Source: Candidatus Multivoradales bacterium
GTDB lineage: Bacteria > Acidobacteriota > Thermoanaerobaculia > Multivoradales > Multivoraceae
Direction: 5' to 3'
Length of the DNA stretch: 64,000 bases
Assembly: GCA_965223325.1 (NCBI GenBank)
Contig: CBDCWI010000002.1
Coordinates: 4,096,001 to 4,160,000 of the forward strand
A program made the position numbers and the translations under genes. Within the stretch, counting starts at the first letter, position 1; each line of letters begins with the position of its first letter. Under the pieces are notes generated by a model that saw only the letters and a list, made by a program, of their open reading frames with translations, was not told the DNA's origin and searched no databases. Shown piece after piece: positions 32,300 to 42,130 of the stretch.

Positions 32300-32929
32300 T
32301 TACTGCAGCACGACGAGGACGACGCGACGATTCTGTTCGCGGCCTTCCTTGGTGCTGTTGTCGGCGATGGGCTCGCTCTCGCCGTAGGAGATCACCGCCA
32401 TGCGATGCAATGGAATGCCCTGCTTGCTGAGGTGGCGACGGACGGCTTCGGCCCGCTCGAGGCCCAACTCTTCGTTGTAGGTGTCGGTTCCTGTGGCGTC
32501 GGTGTGGCCCTGGATCTCGACGTAAACGTTCTTGTTTTCGCCCTTGAGCCGGGTCACGAAGCCGTTGAGTACGCCGGCCGCCGAGTCGTCGATCTCGGCC
32601 TTCTCACTGTCGAAGCGAACGTCGGCGTTGGTGAGCACGGTTTCGTACAACAGCTTGCCCTCGGCGAGCTTCCCGGCTTCGACCGCACGATCCAGGGCGT
32701 CCTGGGCGGTCTTCGAGACCTCGGCGATCTCCTTCTCGTTGCTTTCGATGCGCATCTGATTGTTCTCGATCTGGCCTTCGAGATCGTCGACCTGCTGGTC
32801 GACGCGCTCGGTGACCCGAGCCTCGGCGGTTGCGATCTCGGCACGGGTGTACTTCTTCGTGGCGCAGCCCTGGGCGATCAGGCCACAGACTGCGACAGCG
32901 ACGAGCACCGTGTACTTGCGATTCTTCAT
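32300..32929 (-). CDS. OmpA-family lipoprotein
   Basis: MKNRKY...AQGC lipobox, IQGHTD, NEELGLERAEAV, ISYGESEP, NRRV; AAGGAG SD. Confidence 0.92.
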   Translation of the reverse strand: MKNRKYTVLVAVAVCGLIAQGCATKKYTRAEIATAEARVTERVDQQVDDLEGQIENNQMRIESNEKEIAEVSKTAQDALDRAVEAGKLAEGKLLYETVLTNADVRFDSEKAEIDDSAAGVLNGFVTRLKGENKNVYVEIQGHTDATGTDTYNEELGLERAEAVRRHLSKQGIPLHRMAVISYGESEPIADNSTKEGREQNRRVVLVVLQ

Positions 32930-33020
32930 ACGAATGTTCTCCTTGGTTTCTTTCCCCGTTGTTGGGGAGTTGATTTCTTGAACTCGGAAACTGAAATCTG
33001 TTGGTGCTGCTTGCCTCGCC

Positions 33021-34043
33021 TCAGTCGGGAGCACCGGCCGGTGGTGGCCCAAAGTACCGCGGCCGGTGTCTTGGCTGGCGCTTCCTCCCACGCACTTCGA
33101 TCTCGACGCTGTGAGAGCTCGAAGCACGCGAGCTATCGGCGGCGAAACCGAGCACGTACTGGCGCCGCAGTTCACGCGCGATTTCGGCGGTGACCAGTGC
33201 CAGCTGAGTCGGCGTTCGTGGTCGGTAGTAGCGGCCACCGGTGCCCTTCGCCAAGAGCTCGAGGACGCCAAGTGGCTTATCGCTGGCCGGGGGAGGAGCG
33301 CCAGACGGGTTGAAACGGCTGAGGTCAATGACGTAGACCGGCAGCTCAGTCGAACGTACGTGACGCTCGGCATCTTCGGGGTGGATCACGCTGGCGTTGT
33401 CTTGACCGTCGGTGATGACGACCGCTGCCCGCCGGGTGCGACTGCCGTCGAGAGACACCTCGGGGAGCCAGGTCACGGCGTCGTAGAGCGCTGTGGTGCC
33501 GTGTGCTGTCCAATCGTGACTCAACGTCTGGAGGTCTTCGAGTCGGGCAGTGAAGGGTGCTGCGACGGTCACCTTTTCGCCAGTAAAGGTCACCAGGGAG
33601 ACCTCGTCTTGGGTTCCCATCGCCTTCATGAACCGGGCGAGGGTCTCCTGGCTGGCTTCGATCTTCTCTCTGAGCGCCATGCTTCCCGAGAGGTCTTGGA
33701 GATAGACCACGCTGACCGGCGCATCGAGGCGATTCTCGAAGGTCTCGATGGCGACCGGTCGGCCGTCGACCCGCAGGTTGAAGTCGCGAACATCGAGGCC
33801 ATCGGCGAGCTGGGTTCCCTGGAGAACCACGGTGGGAATCAACACCCAGCGGACCGCGATCGTGTCGTTGAAAACGTAGCGGGGATCAATTCCCGGCGCG
33901 TCTTCCTGGGCGGCGGCCGAGGCTGCGGCAAGCACCAGCAACGTGAAAACCGGGCCCAGAAGGCTCTGGTAGCCTGCCCTTCTGGCCGCTGGGCTCGGCT
34001 CTCTCAAGCAGGTCAGGCTGGCAGAGGGGTGCCGTTTTGCCAC
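33021..34043 (-). CDS. VWA-domain protein (acidobacterial VWFA-related type)
   Basis: Signal peptide, MIDAS DLSGSM, TALYDA, ITDGQDN, LA..TGG, ELRRQY.LGF; start uncertain. Confidence 0.85.
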   Translation of the reverse strand: MAKRHPSASLTCLREPSPAARRAGYQSLLGPVFTLLVLAAASAAAQEDAPGIDPRYVFNDTIAVRWVLIPTVVLQGTQLADGLDVRDFNLRVDGRPVAIETFENRLDAPVSVVYLQDLSGSMALREKIEASQETLARFMKAMGTQDEVSLVTFTGEKVTVAAPFTARLEDLQTLSHDWTAHGTTALYDAVTWLPEVSLDGSRTRRAAVVITDGQDNASVIHPEDAERHVRSTELPVYVIDLSRFNPSGAPPPASDKPLGVLELLAKGTGGRYYRPRTPTQLALVTAEIARELRRQYVLGFAADSSRASSSHSVEIEVRGRKRQPRHRPRYFGPPPAGAPD

Positions 34044-34107
34044 CTTGACCGACCGGTCGGTAGCTTTGTTTGATCCCCCCACTGGGCCCGAAGTACTGAG
34101 GCGTGAG

Positions 34108-34368
34108 ATGCCCGAAGAGTCCATGATCAACATCCGCAACCTATCGATCAAGTGCGGTCATTGCGACACGTACCAGACACTCTGCGGTTTTCGTAGATTA
34201 GAGGATTGGAACGTGTATGTGTATGAATGCGAGAATGATGCCTGCGATCCAGCCGTAACGAGGACCCTGCTCGAAGTCCCCGTCAGTATGGACGAGTTTG
34301 CCACTCGCGACCCGAACTGGAAAGGCGGCGGGCGGCACGGTGCCGAGGGTCGCTCTGAGGGCACGTGA
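34108..34368 (+). CDS. Small Cys-rich putative Zn-binding protein
   Basis: CGHC....C...YECENDAC; start at 34108 or 34123. Confidence 0.65.
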   Translation: MPEESMINIRNLSIKCGHCDTYQTLCGFRRLEDWNVYVYECENDACDPAVTRTLLEVPVSMDEFATRDPNWKGGGRHGAEGRSEGT

Positions 34369-34462
34369 CGGTCTCTGTCACCTGCTGGCGGGGCTACGCA
34401 TGGCGCTCGTGGTGCTCGGTTGCGTGTGTTAGCTTCGCGCCGTCCAAAGGAGCTCCATTGTT

Positions 34463-35530
34463 TTGAAGAACATCGTCCACGTAGTAGGTACCGGCACCAT
34501 CGGCGAGCCGCTCATCGGCCTATTCACCGACTTCGCTGACAAGATGAACATTGATGAGGTGACGTTTCACAAACGGACGCCGCTTCACACCGACAAGTCC
34601 CGCCTCGAGCATTTGATGGGGCGCGGCGCACGCCTGGCAGTCGGCGACGACGTCCGCAAAGACTTCGAGGACCTCGGCCACAAAGTCTCGCTGAGTTCGG
34701 AAGAGGCGCTCGAGCGTGCCACCGTAGTCATCGACTGCACGCCGGCCGGGAATCAGAACAAAGAGCGGTTCTACTCGCAGCTCGATGGCCCGCGCGGCTT
34801 TCTCGCCCAGGGTAGCGAGTTCGGCTTTGGCAAACCCTATGCGCGAGGAATCAACGACGATGTCCTCGTCCCCGGAGAAGACCGGTTCCTGCAGATCGTT
34901 TCCTGCAACACGCACAACATCACGACGCTGGTCAAGACGGTTTGCTGCAGTGGTGACGATGGCGCCTTTTCTCTCGACCGCGCGCGTTTCGTTTGCATTC
35001 GCCGGGCGAACGACATCACCCAGTCAAACTCGTTCATTCCGTCGCCTCAGGTCGGCAAGCACGGAGACCCCCGCTTCGGTACTCATCACGCGCGCGACGC
35101 GGCTGCGGTCTTTGAAACCATCGGTGCCAACCTCGACCTGTTCTCGAGTGCTCTCAAGGTGAACACGCAGTACATGCATTCGATCTGGTTCAACCTCGAG
35201 ACCAACGAGCCCGACCTCGATACCGTCGAAGTCATCCGTCGCCTGCAGGCCAATGCGCGGGTGGCGCTGACCCAGAAACTCGACGCCAACCTGATCTTCA
35301 GCTTCGGGCGCGATCATGGTTACTACGGGCGAATCCTTTCGCAAACTGTCGTTGCTGAACCAACGCTCACGGTTCGAGACGGAGAGATCTTCGGGTTCTG
35401 TTTCACGCCGCAAGACGGCAACTCCCTCCTGTCGTCGGTTGCCGCGGCGTTGTGGTTGATCGATCCCGACCGGGACAGCGTGCGCGAGCGCCTGTCACCG
35501 CTCAGACGCTGGCTCTATACCGAGATCTGA
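34463..35530 (+). CDS. Class II (archaeal-type) GAPDH-like dehydrogenase
   Basis: VVGTGTIG, VIDCTP, AQGSE, IVSCNTH, RRAND, THHARD, MH; AAGGAG SD with TTG start. Confidence 0.75.
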   Translation: MKNIVHVVGTGTIGEPLIGLFTDFADKMNIDEVTFHKRTPLHTDKSRLEHLMGRGARLAVGDDVRKDFEDLGHKVSLSSEEALERATVVIDCTPAGNQNKERFYSQLDGPRGFLAQGSEFGFGKPYARGINDDVLVPGEDRFLQIVSCNTHNITTLVKTVCCSGDDGAFSLDRARFVCIRRANDITQSNSFIPSPQVGKHGDPRFGTHHARDAAAVFETIGANLDLFSSALKVNTQYMHSIWFNLETNEPDLDTVEVIRRLQANARVALTQKLDANLIFSFGRDHGYYGRILSQTVVAEPTLTVRDGEIFGFCFTPQDGNSLLSSVAAALWLIDPDRDSVRERLSPLRRWLYTEI

Positions 35531-35621
35531 GTCCCGACGACTCGGGTGGAGGGCGAACCGCCCGGCCGGCGAGTGACAGCGGGTGAGACGGGAGCGTAAG
35601 GAACCACCCGAGAAACCCGCC

Positions 35622-36866
35622 ATGACATCGCAACAGCCGGAAAACCCCGATCAAGCCGCAGGCGAGACCGCTCAGCAGCTTGCGTCGCTCGAAGAAGCCG
35701 AGCTGACGATTGAGAAGATCGTCGCTGGTGGAGAGGGGCTGGCGCGTTGGTTCGGTGCTGCGATCCTGGTGCGCGGCGTCGCCGCGGGTGACCGGGTACG
35801 GGTCAGAGTCAGGGAGCGTCATCCCACCTGGGCGCGCGCCGAGTTGCTCGAGGTGATCGAGAGAGGTCCCGGGCGCCGTGCTGCTCCTTGCCCGTACTAC
35901 GACCGTTGCGGCGGTTGCGACATGCAGCATCTCGATGAAGAAACGCAGGTTCAGGCCAAGGTCGACGCCGCGCGCGAGGCTATCGAACGCCTCGGCGGAA
36001 TCGAGATCAAAGACTGCCAGGTCATCAAGGGCGATCGCTGGGCATTCAGACGTCGTGCGCAGTTTCAGATCGCCCCTTCTGAGGACGGCCCGCCGCGCGT
36101 TGGTTACTACGCTCGGGGAACTCACGAAGTCGTGCCTGTAGACCGGTGCCCGATCCTGGTGCCGGAGCTCGACGAGTTACTCGAACGCCTACCAGTTCTC
36201 TTGCCCGAGAATCCACCCCGGCGCCTCGACGTCGCCGCTGCTGACGACGGTCGCGTGGCCTGTGCGCCGCTCGTCGGTGACCTTCCCGGTGGCGAACTCT
36301 CGTTGGCGGCGAGTGGCAACCTGTTGCGCTTCGATGCTCGCTGTTTTACCCAGGGTCATCGTCAACTGACGCCAGAGCTGGTGCGCGTCGCCGTCCCCGA
36401 TCGAGCCGAGGGAGAACCTCCGTACGAGGTGGCCTACGATCTCTTTGCGGGCGTGGGTCTCTTCGCTTCTGCGCTGGCTCCTCAGACCAAGCGGTTGATT
36501 GCGGTCGAGGGTGACCGGGTCGCGGCGACGTGGGCCAGGCGTAACCTCAAGCGCCATCGGCACGCGACGGTGGTTCACCAGCGTGCCGAGCGCTACGCCA
36601 AGCAACTCGAGGCCGGTGCCGACCTGGTGCTCGTCGACCCGCCGCGATCCGGCCTGCCCCGGCCGCTACGTCGTGCTTTGCGCTCGCGGTCACCCCGGCA
36701 CCTGACCTACGTGTCCTGCCATGCGGCGACCCTGGCGCGTGACCTGAAGGAATTCGGCGACCGATTCCGGGTGCTTTCGGTGACCTTCCTCGATCTCTTT
36801 CCCCAGACCTCGCACCTCGAGACCGTTGTTCACCTGGAACGGGTTCAGAGACTGGCGGTTGAATAG
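35622..36866 (+). CDS. rlmD: RlmD/TrmA-family RNA m5U methyltransferase with TRAM domain
   Basis: CPYYDRCGGC [4Fe-4S] motif, DLFAGVG, DPPRSG, YVSC...TLARD, FPQTSHLE. Confidence 0.88.
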   Translation: MTSQQPENPDQAAGETAQQLASLEEAELTIEKIVAGGEGLARWFGAAILVRGVAAGDRVRVRVRERHPTWARAELLEVIERGPGRRAAPCPYYDRCGGCDMQHLDEETQVQAKVDAAREAIERLGGIEIKDCQVIKGDRWAFRRRAQFQIAPSEDGPPRVGYYARGTHEVVPVDRCPILVPELDELLERLPVLLPENPPRRLDVAAADDGRVACAPLVGDLPGGELSLAASGNLLRFDARCFTQGHRQLTPELVRVAVPDRAEGEPPYEVAYDLFAGVGLFASALAPQTKRLIAVEGDRVAATWARRNLKRHRHATVVHQRAERYAKQLEAGADLVLVDPPRSGLPRPLRRALRSRSPRHLTYVSCHAATLARDLKEFGDRFRVLSVTFLDLFPQTSHLETVVHLERVQRLAVE

Positions 36867-36892
36867 ACTGGAACGCGGAGGAACGCCCGCTC

Positions 36893-37378
36893 ATGTCCAG
36901 TTACCACATCGTGCTTGCCAAGGAGAACTTCAAGTTCTCAGCCGGACACTTCACAGTGTTCTCGAACGAGCATGCCGAGTTGCTGCACGGTCACAACTAC
37001 AAGGTCCAGGTCGAGCTGCACAGCGAAGAGCTCGATGGACTCGGTTTCGTCGTCGACTTCGCCGGCGTCAAACAACGCGTGCGCGAAGTCTGTGCACAGC
37101 TGGACGAACGCATCCTGCTACCCGAGCAGTGCCGTCACCTCGAAACCAGTCGCGATGGATCACAGATCGAGGTGGCCTTTGGCGACCGTCGGTACCAGTT
37201 GCCGTTCGAGGACGTCGTGCTCCTTCCGCTGGTGAATACGACCGTCGAACTCTTGGCCCAATGGCTGTGGGAGCAGATCGTACCCGCCGTCGTGGGAACC
37301 TCCGTTGAGGTCATGTCGGTCGACGTCGAGGAGACCGCTGGCCAGCGCGCCGGCTTCAGGGCCGCCGTGCCTTCGTAG
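36893..37378 (+). CDS. 6-pyruvoyltetrahydropterin synthase family (PTPS-III-like)
   Basis: FSAGHF, ELLHGHNY, VVDF, NTTVELLA, VEET. Confidence 0.85.
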   Translation: MSSYHIVLAKENFKFSAGHFTVFSNEHAELLHGHNYKVQVELHSEELDGLGFVVDFAGVKQRVREVCAQLDERILLPEQCRHLETSRDGSQIEVAFGDRRYQLPFEDVVLLPLVNTTVELLAQWLWEQIVPAVVGTSVEVMSVDVEETAGQRAGFRAAVPS

Positions 37379-37383
37379 CTTCT

Positions 37384-38031
37384 CTAGCGATAGGGGCGCG
37401 GGATACCGCGTTGCTGCTCGATGCGGCGGCGCGCGTCGCGGCGACGGTCGGGCTGGAAGAAGATCGTCTCGTCGCCCTCCCTGGTGAAGCGATAGTGCTT
37501 GTTCGGTTTGCGACCGGTAAGACCCGCTGAGCTTGTCTTGGGGTAACTCCACAAGGCCACGTCGCCATCGAGGACATTGCGGTTCTCCTCCCAGTCCTTT
37601 TCCTCGGGCTCACCAAAGAGAACGAAGATCGTTCCGCGGTCGCTGCGATGGCCAGTCGAGGTTCCTTCCCGGAAGAGCTTGTCGGCTTCTTCGCGACGCT
37701 CATCGTATGTCGCACGAACGTCAGAGTTTTTCTTCCAGAAATCCTCGATGAACCGTTCCGCTTCCTCGTCGGTGACCAGTTTGAGGTAGCTGTTGATGCC
37801 CTTTTCGCCCAACATCCAGGAAATCGGCCCGACCATCCAACGCGCATGTTTCGGGCTGAGGAGTGGGTTGGTCAGGTCGCCGGGCTCGATATGGCGTGGG
37901 TTCTTAGGGTTGGGAACCCAGTCATCTCCAGCTCCAGCACTGGTAGCGGCGAGCGCGACCAGAACGAGAGCAGCGAGGAGCGAGTGGGAGAGGGACATCA
38001 GGGTTCTCGGGACCTTGCGAGTGCTCTTCAT
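37384..38031 (-). CDS. GWxTD-like domain exported protein
   Basis: Signal peptide; FIEDFW...R..EAD.LF...GHRSDRG.IF.LFGEP. Confidence 0.8.
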   Translation of the reverse strand: MKSTRKVPRTLMSLSHSLLAALVLVALAATSAGAGDDWVPNPKNPRHIEPGDLTNPLLSPKHARWMVGPISWMLGEKGINSYLKLVTDEEAERFIEDFWKKNSDVRATYDERREEADKLFREGTSTGHRSDRGTIFVLFGEPEEKDWEENRNVLDGDVALWSYPKTSSAGLTGRKPNKHYRFTREGDETIFFQPDRRRDARRRIEQQRGIPRPYR

Positions 38032-38164
38032 GAGGACCTTCTTGGCGGTGGTCGGTAGGGGGCATCGACTCGAACACCGAAAGGCTCCGAGATAGTTCCG
38101 AACGCAAGACGTTCAGCGCTCCGAAGCCAGATTCTAGTCAAGGACTCGAAAGGGTCGAACAGAA

Positions 38165-39048
38165 CGTTTCATGGAAGCACGGATCCGCGGTGCGCGAGGG
38201 CTTATCGCAGTCGAAGAAGGCAAGTGCAGTTCGGCAGTCGAAGACGGTCGGCGCAGCCAGGTGGAGTCGGGCGGACCGTCGCAGTCCAGGAACTCAACCG
38301 CAGGTGGCAGGTCGAATCCGGGATGGACTCGACCCCCTTCAAGCTGTCGCCGCAATCCCGATCCGAAGACAACCGTTTCATGGAAGCACGGATCCGCGGT
38401 GCGCGACGGGCCATCGCAGCCTAAGAAGGCAAGTGCAGTTCGGCAGTCGAAGACGGTCGGCGCAGCCAGGTGGAGTCGGGCGGACCGTCGCAGTCCAGGA
38501 ACTCAACCGCAGGTGGCAGGTCGAATCCGGGATGGACTCGACCCCCTTCAAGCTGTCGCCGCAATCCCGATCCGAAGACAACCGTTTCATGGAAGCACGG
38601 ATCCGCGGGGCGCGACGGGCCATCGCAGTCGAAGAAGGCAAGTGCAGTTCGGCAGTCGAAGACGGTCGGCGCAGCCAGGTGGAGTCGGGCGGACCGTCGC
38701 AGTCCAGGAACTCAACCGCAGGTGGCAGGTCGAATCCGGGATGGACTCGACCCCCTTCAAGCTGTCGCCGCAATCCCGATCCGAAGACAACCGTTTCATG
38801 GAAGCACGGATCCGCGGGGCGCGACGGGCCATCGCAGTCGAAGAAGGCAAGTGCAGTTCGGCAGTCGAAGACGGTCGGCGCAGTCAGGTGGAGTCGGGCG
38901 GACCCTCGCAGTCCAGGAACTCAACCGCAGGTGGCAGGTCGAATCCGGGATGGACTCGACCCCCTTCAAGGTGTCGCCGCAATCCCGATCCGAAGACAAC
39001 CGTTTCATGGAAGCACGGATCCGCGGGGCGCGACGGGCCATCGCAGTC
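38165..39048. repeat. Tandem array 3: 4.2 copies of a 209-bp unit
   Basis: CGTTTCATGGAAGCACGG at 38165, 38374, 38583, 38792 and 39001. Confidence 0.95.
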
Positions 39049-39235
39049 TAAGTACGCAACTGCAGGGCGGCCGCTGGTGAATCCGGCCCGCCCCCCGGAC
39101 CGCTTGCCCCGCAAGAGTGACTCTAGCGACGGTCGTGGTAACCACCCACCGCCGAAGCCAAACAGAAACCCGCTCCCACCGCCCGACCCAACGCCACGAC
39201 GACCCAAAAGCCGACAAACCACGGCCGTCGCTAGA
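39028..39235 (-). other. Terminal copy of the shared stem-loop element
   Basis: Inverted arms 39122-39139 / 39218-39235 around a 78-nt loop; CGGACCGCTTGC at 39096-39107. Confidence 0.85.
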
Positions 39236-40244
39236 TCTTGGGAGCCGTCTGGTAGCGGATCTCCTCGATCAGCTTGCTGGTCATGGCCTTCCATTGACCG
39301 GGTGGAAACGCGGTGGGTGGCGCGGTCATCTCGACGATGCCGTGGGGACCGTCGTTGGTCACCTTGAGCCGTAGGTCACCCCAGATAATCGCCCAGCTCG
39401 GGGTCACCTCAATGTGTGGGCTGAACGGTAGCTGCAGTTCGTTCAGCGAATCGACCACCGCACCCAGCAAACCACCGGAGCCTGGTTCGTAGGCGACGGT
39501 GAACTGGGCCCGAGTGGCGTGTGATCCCGGCTGAGGCTTCCAGGTGTCGCTGTTGACAAGCTGTTGGTATTCGGGTCGCAGGCCGATGCCGTCGAAGTTC
39601 GAGTCGGCCTTGGCCCGCAAGCGGACGCGCTCGTCGACCGCGATGGCCTGGCCGAGATGTTCGATGGCGAGAGCGGCATAACCTGCGAGGGCGTAGTTGG
39701 TGGCGACGAGGTAGAGCGCGTCGGCCTTCTCTGGCGCGCGTTGAATATGGGTGTTGAAACGCTCCGTGGCCTCCTTGAGGTTGCCCAAGAGGAGCTCCGC
39801 GGCACCGAGGTTGAGATCGCCGTCGACCGACTGCGGGTCGAGGTCGCGCGCCTTGGCGAAGGCATCCCGCGCCTGTTGGTAGCGCTCCGCTGCCATCTCG
39901 ATTGCGCCGAGGGTCATCCAGGCTTGACGCAGAGACGGGTCGATTTCGGTCGCCTGGCGCAGATCGAGAGCGCCGCCGTCGTTGTCGCCAAGGAGAATGC
40001 GCGCCGTACTTCGTAGCAGGTAGGCGTCTGCTGAGATGTTCTTCTTGCCTTTGGCGATCACCCCGTCAAGGGTAGCGAGCGCGCCCTCGTAGTCACCCGA
40101 CTCGAGCGATTGTTGAGCCGCCGCCAGCGGACCACTCGTTTGCGCCGGCAGGTGGCCGGGCGGGAAGACCAGAGCGAGGGTCAAAAACGCAGACATTGCG
40201 AAGGTCGACGTTCTCTTGCGTTTCCCCATGGCTACGGTTCCCAT
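39231..40244 (-). CDS. Exported TPR protein
   Basis: Signal peptide and multiple TPRs (AWMTLG, DLNLG, ALYLVA). Confidence 0.82.
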   Translation of the reverse strand: MGTVAMGKRKRTSTFAMSAFLTLALVFPPGHLPAQTSGPLAAAQQSLESGDYEGALATLDGVIAKGKKNISADAYLLRSTARILLGDNDGGALDLRQATEIDPSLRQAWMTLGAIEMAAERYQQARDAFAKARDLDPQSVDGDLNLGAAELLLGNLKEATERFNTHIQRAPEKADALYLVATNYALAGYAALAIEHLGQAIAVDERVRLRAKADSNFDGIGLRPEYQQLVNSDTWKPQPGSHATRAQFTVAYEPGSGGLLGAVVDSLNELQLPFSPHIEVTPSWAIIWGDLRLKVTNDGPHGIVEMTAPPTAFPPGQWKAMTSKLIEEIRYQTAPKI

Positions 40245-40248
40245 GAGC

Positions 40249-41343
40249 TCAGGCTCCCGCCCGGGTTCGTGCGTTGGGGTCGAGTGCGGCTTCGATTTCA
40301 GCGACATCGATCATCAATGCCTCGGACTGTATCTGGCCCTCAGGATCGAACTCATAGTCGCGAATCACGCGCCGGAAGACTTCTTTGAGCGCCCGTGCTC
40401 CGAGACGCTTCTGCACTGCGGCGTGTTCGGCGATGCGCTGGACGGCTGCCGGTGACAAGGCGAGGTCGATTCCCTGCCTGGCGAAAAACTGGCGCGCCTG
40501 AAGATACGAAGACTCCTTCGAGCGCAAGAAGATGTCGATCAGTTGGGGGATGCCGAGGGTCTCGAGCAACACGATCGAATCGAAACGTGACAAGAACTGC
40601 GGGCTCATGCCGTAGTCAAAGAGGTCCTGCGAGCGCAACCAGTCGCGTAGCTTGAACGGTAGCTCCTCGCGCACCTGGCCGTTCTCGACCACGGTGACGG
40701 GCTTGAGAGCGCCACGATCGTCTCCGACGGTCACGCGGTCGAACACCGCGTCGTACAGACCTTCGAAGGCGCCTGCACAGACGAAGAGCAGGTTGCTCGA
40801 ATCAATCGTCGCTACGCCACCGCCAGCCCATGACGGCAATTCGAAGGTGACCGCCTCGTTCTCGATCAGGGTCAGGAGCGCTTCTTGGGCGCGGATACCG
40901 GTGGTGTTGGCCTCGCCCTCAACGTGTGAGCGGATCTTGTCGACCTCGTCGACGAAAACCAGGCCCTGGCTTGCCTGCGCGATCAGCTTCTCGACCGGAG
41001 TGTCAGGGCCGAACTGATCGCGGGCGCGCTCGAGGAGGCGTTGGATCAAAACCTCGCCCGGGTGCCCCGACAGCGCCTCTTCGCCGAGGATGTTGGCGTG
41101 GATGCGCACCACGGTCGACCGGCTGGCCAGCTGCGCGTTGCTCGCCAACATGGTCTCCACGGCGCGCATCAGCGTCGTTTTGCCAGAGCCGGACGAGCCG
41201 ATCAAGAGGATGTTGCCGGTTGGCAGGCCAGCGAGCTTCTTGGCCAGCGCCACCGACATCTCGCGGACGGCCTCCTGTTGCCCCAGGACCGTCTTTTCGA
41301 GAGCCTCTGCGATGCGCCGGGGCGCCAGTGGAAGACCTGACAT
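40249..41343 (-). CDS. ClpX-like AAA+ ATPase lacking ZBD and IGF loop
   Basis: VLGQ..A, NILLIGSSGSGKT, VFVDEVDKI, QEALLTLIE, NLLFVCAGAF, LGARAL. Confidence 0.82.
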   Translation of the reverse strand: MSGLPLAPRRIAEALEKTVLGQQEAVREMSVALAKKLAGLPTGNILLIGSSGSGKTTLMRAVETMLASNAQLASRSTVVRIHANILGEEALSGHPGEVLIQRLLERARDQFGPDTPVEKLIAQASQGLVFVDEVDKIRSHVEGEANTTGIRAQEALLTLIENEAVTFELPSWAGGGVATIDSSNLLFVCAGAFEGLYDAVFDRVTVGDDRGALKPVTVVENGQVREELPFKLRDWLRSQDLFDYGMSPQFLSRFDSIVLLETLGIPQLIDIFLRSKESSYLQARQFFARQGIDLALSPAAVQRIAEHAAVQKRLGARALKEVFRRVIRDYEFDPEGQIQSEALMIDVAEIEAALDPNARTRAGA

Positions 41344-41391
41344 ACGAGGAATACTATGACATCGAACGGGCGCTCTGCTCGCCAGTGGGCT

Positions 41392-42120
41392 CTACTCTGC
41401 GGCCTCGGCCGGCGCACGGTCTCGGCGGCTGATGATCCACTGCGGCACAAAGGTCAGACACGCCATCAGGATGGCCGCGATGGCCAGATTGCGCACGATG
41501 ACGGAGCGTTCGCCCTCGCCGACGCTGACCATGGCCGAGGCGAAGTAGCTCCACACCGGTGTCACCGCCACGTAGGCGATGGCCGTGGCGGTCCAGAAGG
41601 TCCGCCAGGTGACTCCGAGAAGAGCGGCACCGTAGTTGGTCACCGCGAACGGCACGGGAACGAAGCGCAGCCGCAGGAGCGCCCAGAAGCTGCGCTTCTC
41701 GAGCAGCTTCTCGAGCTTCTCGCGGCGAGAACCGAACAGTCGCGCAACCAGATCATGACCGAAGGTGCGGCCGACCCAGTAGCTCGAGAAGGCGCCCAGG
41801 AGGGTGCCGGCATAGTTGATGAGCGACCCGTAGAGCGCGCCAAAGACGGCGCCGCCGGCGATCACCATCGGCGTCACCGGCGCGCCGGCGACGGAACAAA
41901 CCACGAAGGCGGCGACCAGAACCAGCGGGCTCGCGGGATGATCGCGAATCGCCTGCAGGGAGGCGTAGGCGCGCTCGAGCTCGAGCCAGTCGCGCAGTGG
42001 CGTTGCCATCACCAGCCAGATTCCGAAGCCGGCGATGCTCACGAGCACCAGGAAGCGCAGGATGGCGCCGCCTAGACTTCGTGGAGGCGCTTCCAGCTCG
42101 CGCAACGGTGCGTCATTCAA
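41392..42120 (-). CDS. TVP38/TMEM64 (DedA/VTT) membrane protein
   Basis: P.TP..IAGGAVFG...G and LRFVPVPF..TNY.A. Confidence 0.88.
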   Translation of the reverse strand: MNDAPLRELEAPPRSLGGAILRFLVLVSIAGFGIWLVMATPLRDWLELERAYASLQAIRDHPASPLVLVAAFVVCSVAGAPVTPMVIAGGAVFGALYGSLINYAGTLLGAFSSYWVGRTFGHDLVARLFGSRREKLEKLLEKRSFWALLRLRFVPVPFAVTNYGAALLGVTWRTFWTATAIAYVAVTPVWSYFASAMVSVGEGERSVIVRNLAIAAILMACLTFVPQWIISRRDRAPAEAAE

Positions 42121-42130
42121 CTCCCCTCCC

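Noticed and set aside
32930-33373. N-terminal ORF-track extensions (ompA; also dnaK, UXS-like, ku-adjacent TPR)
   Set aside because: They overlap neighbouring genes or precede clear SD plus conserved N-termini; starts were trimmed
38134-39374. ORFs across array 3
   Set aside because: The 209-bp unit cycles through all frames, giving permuted peptides
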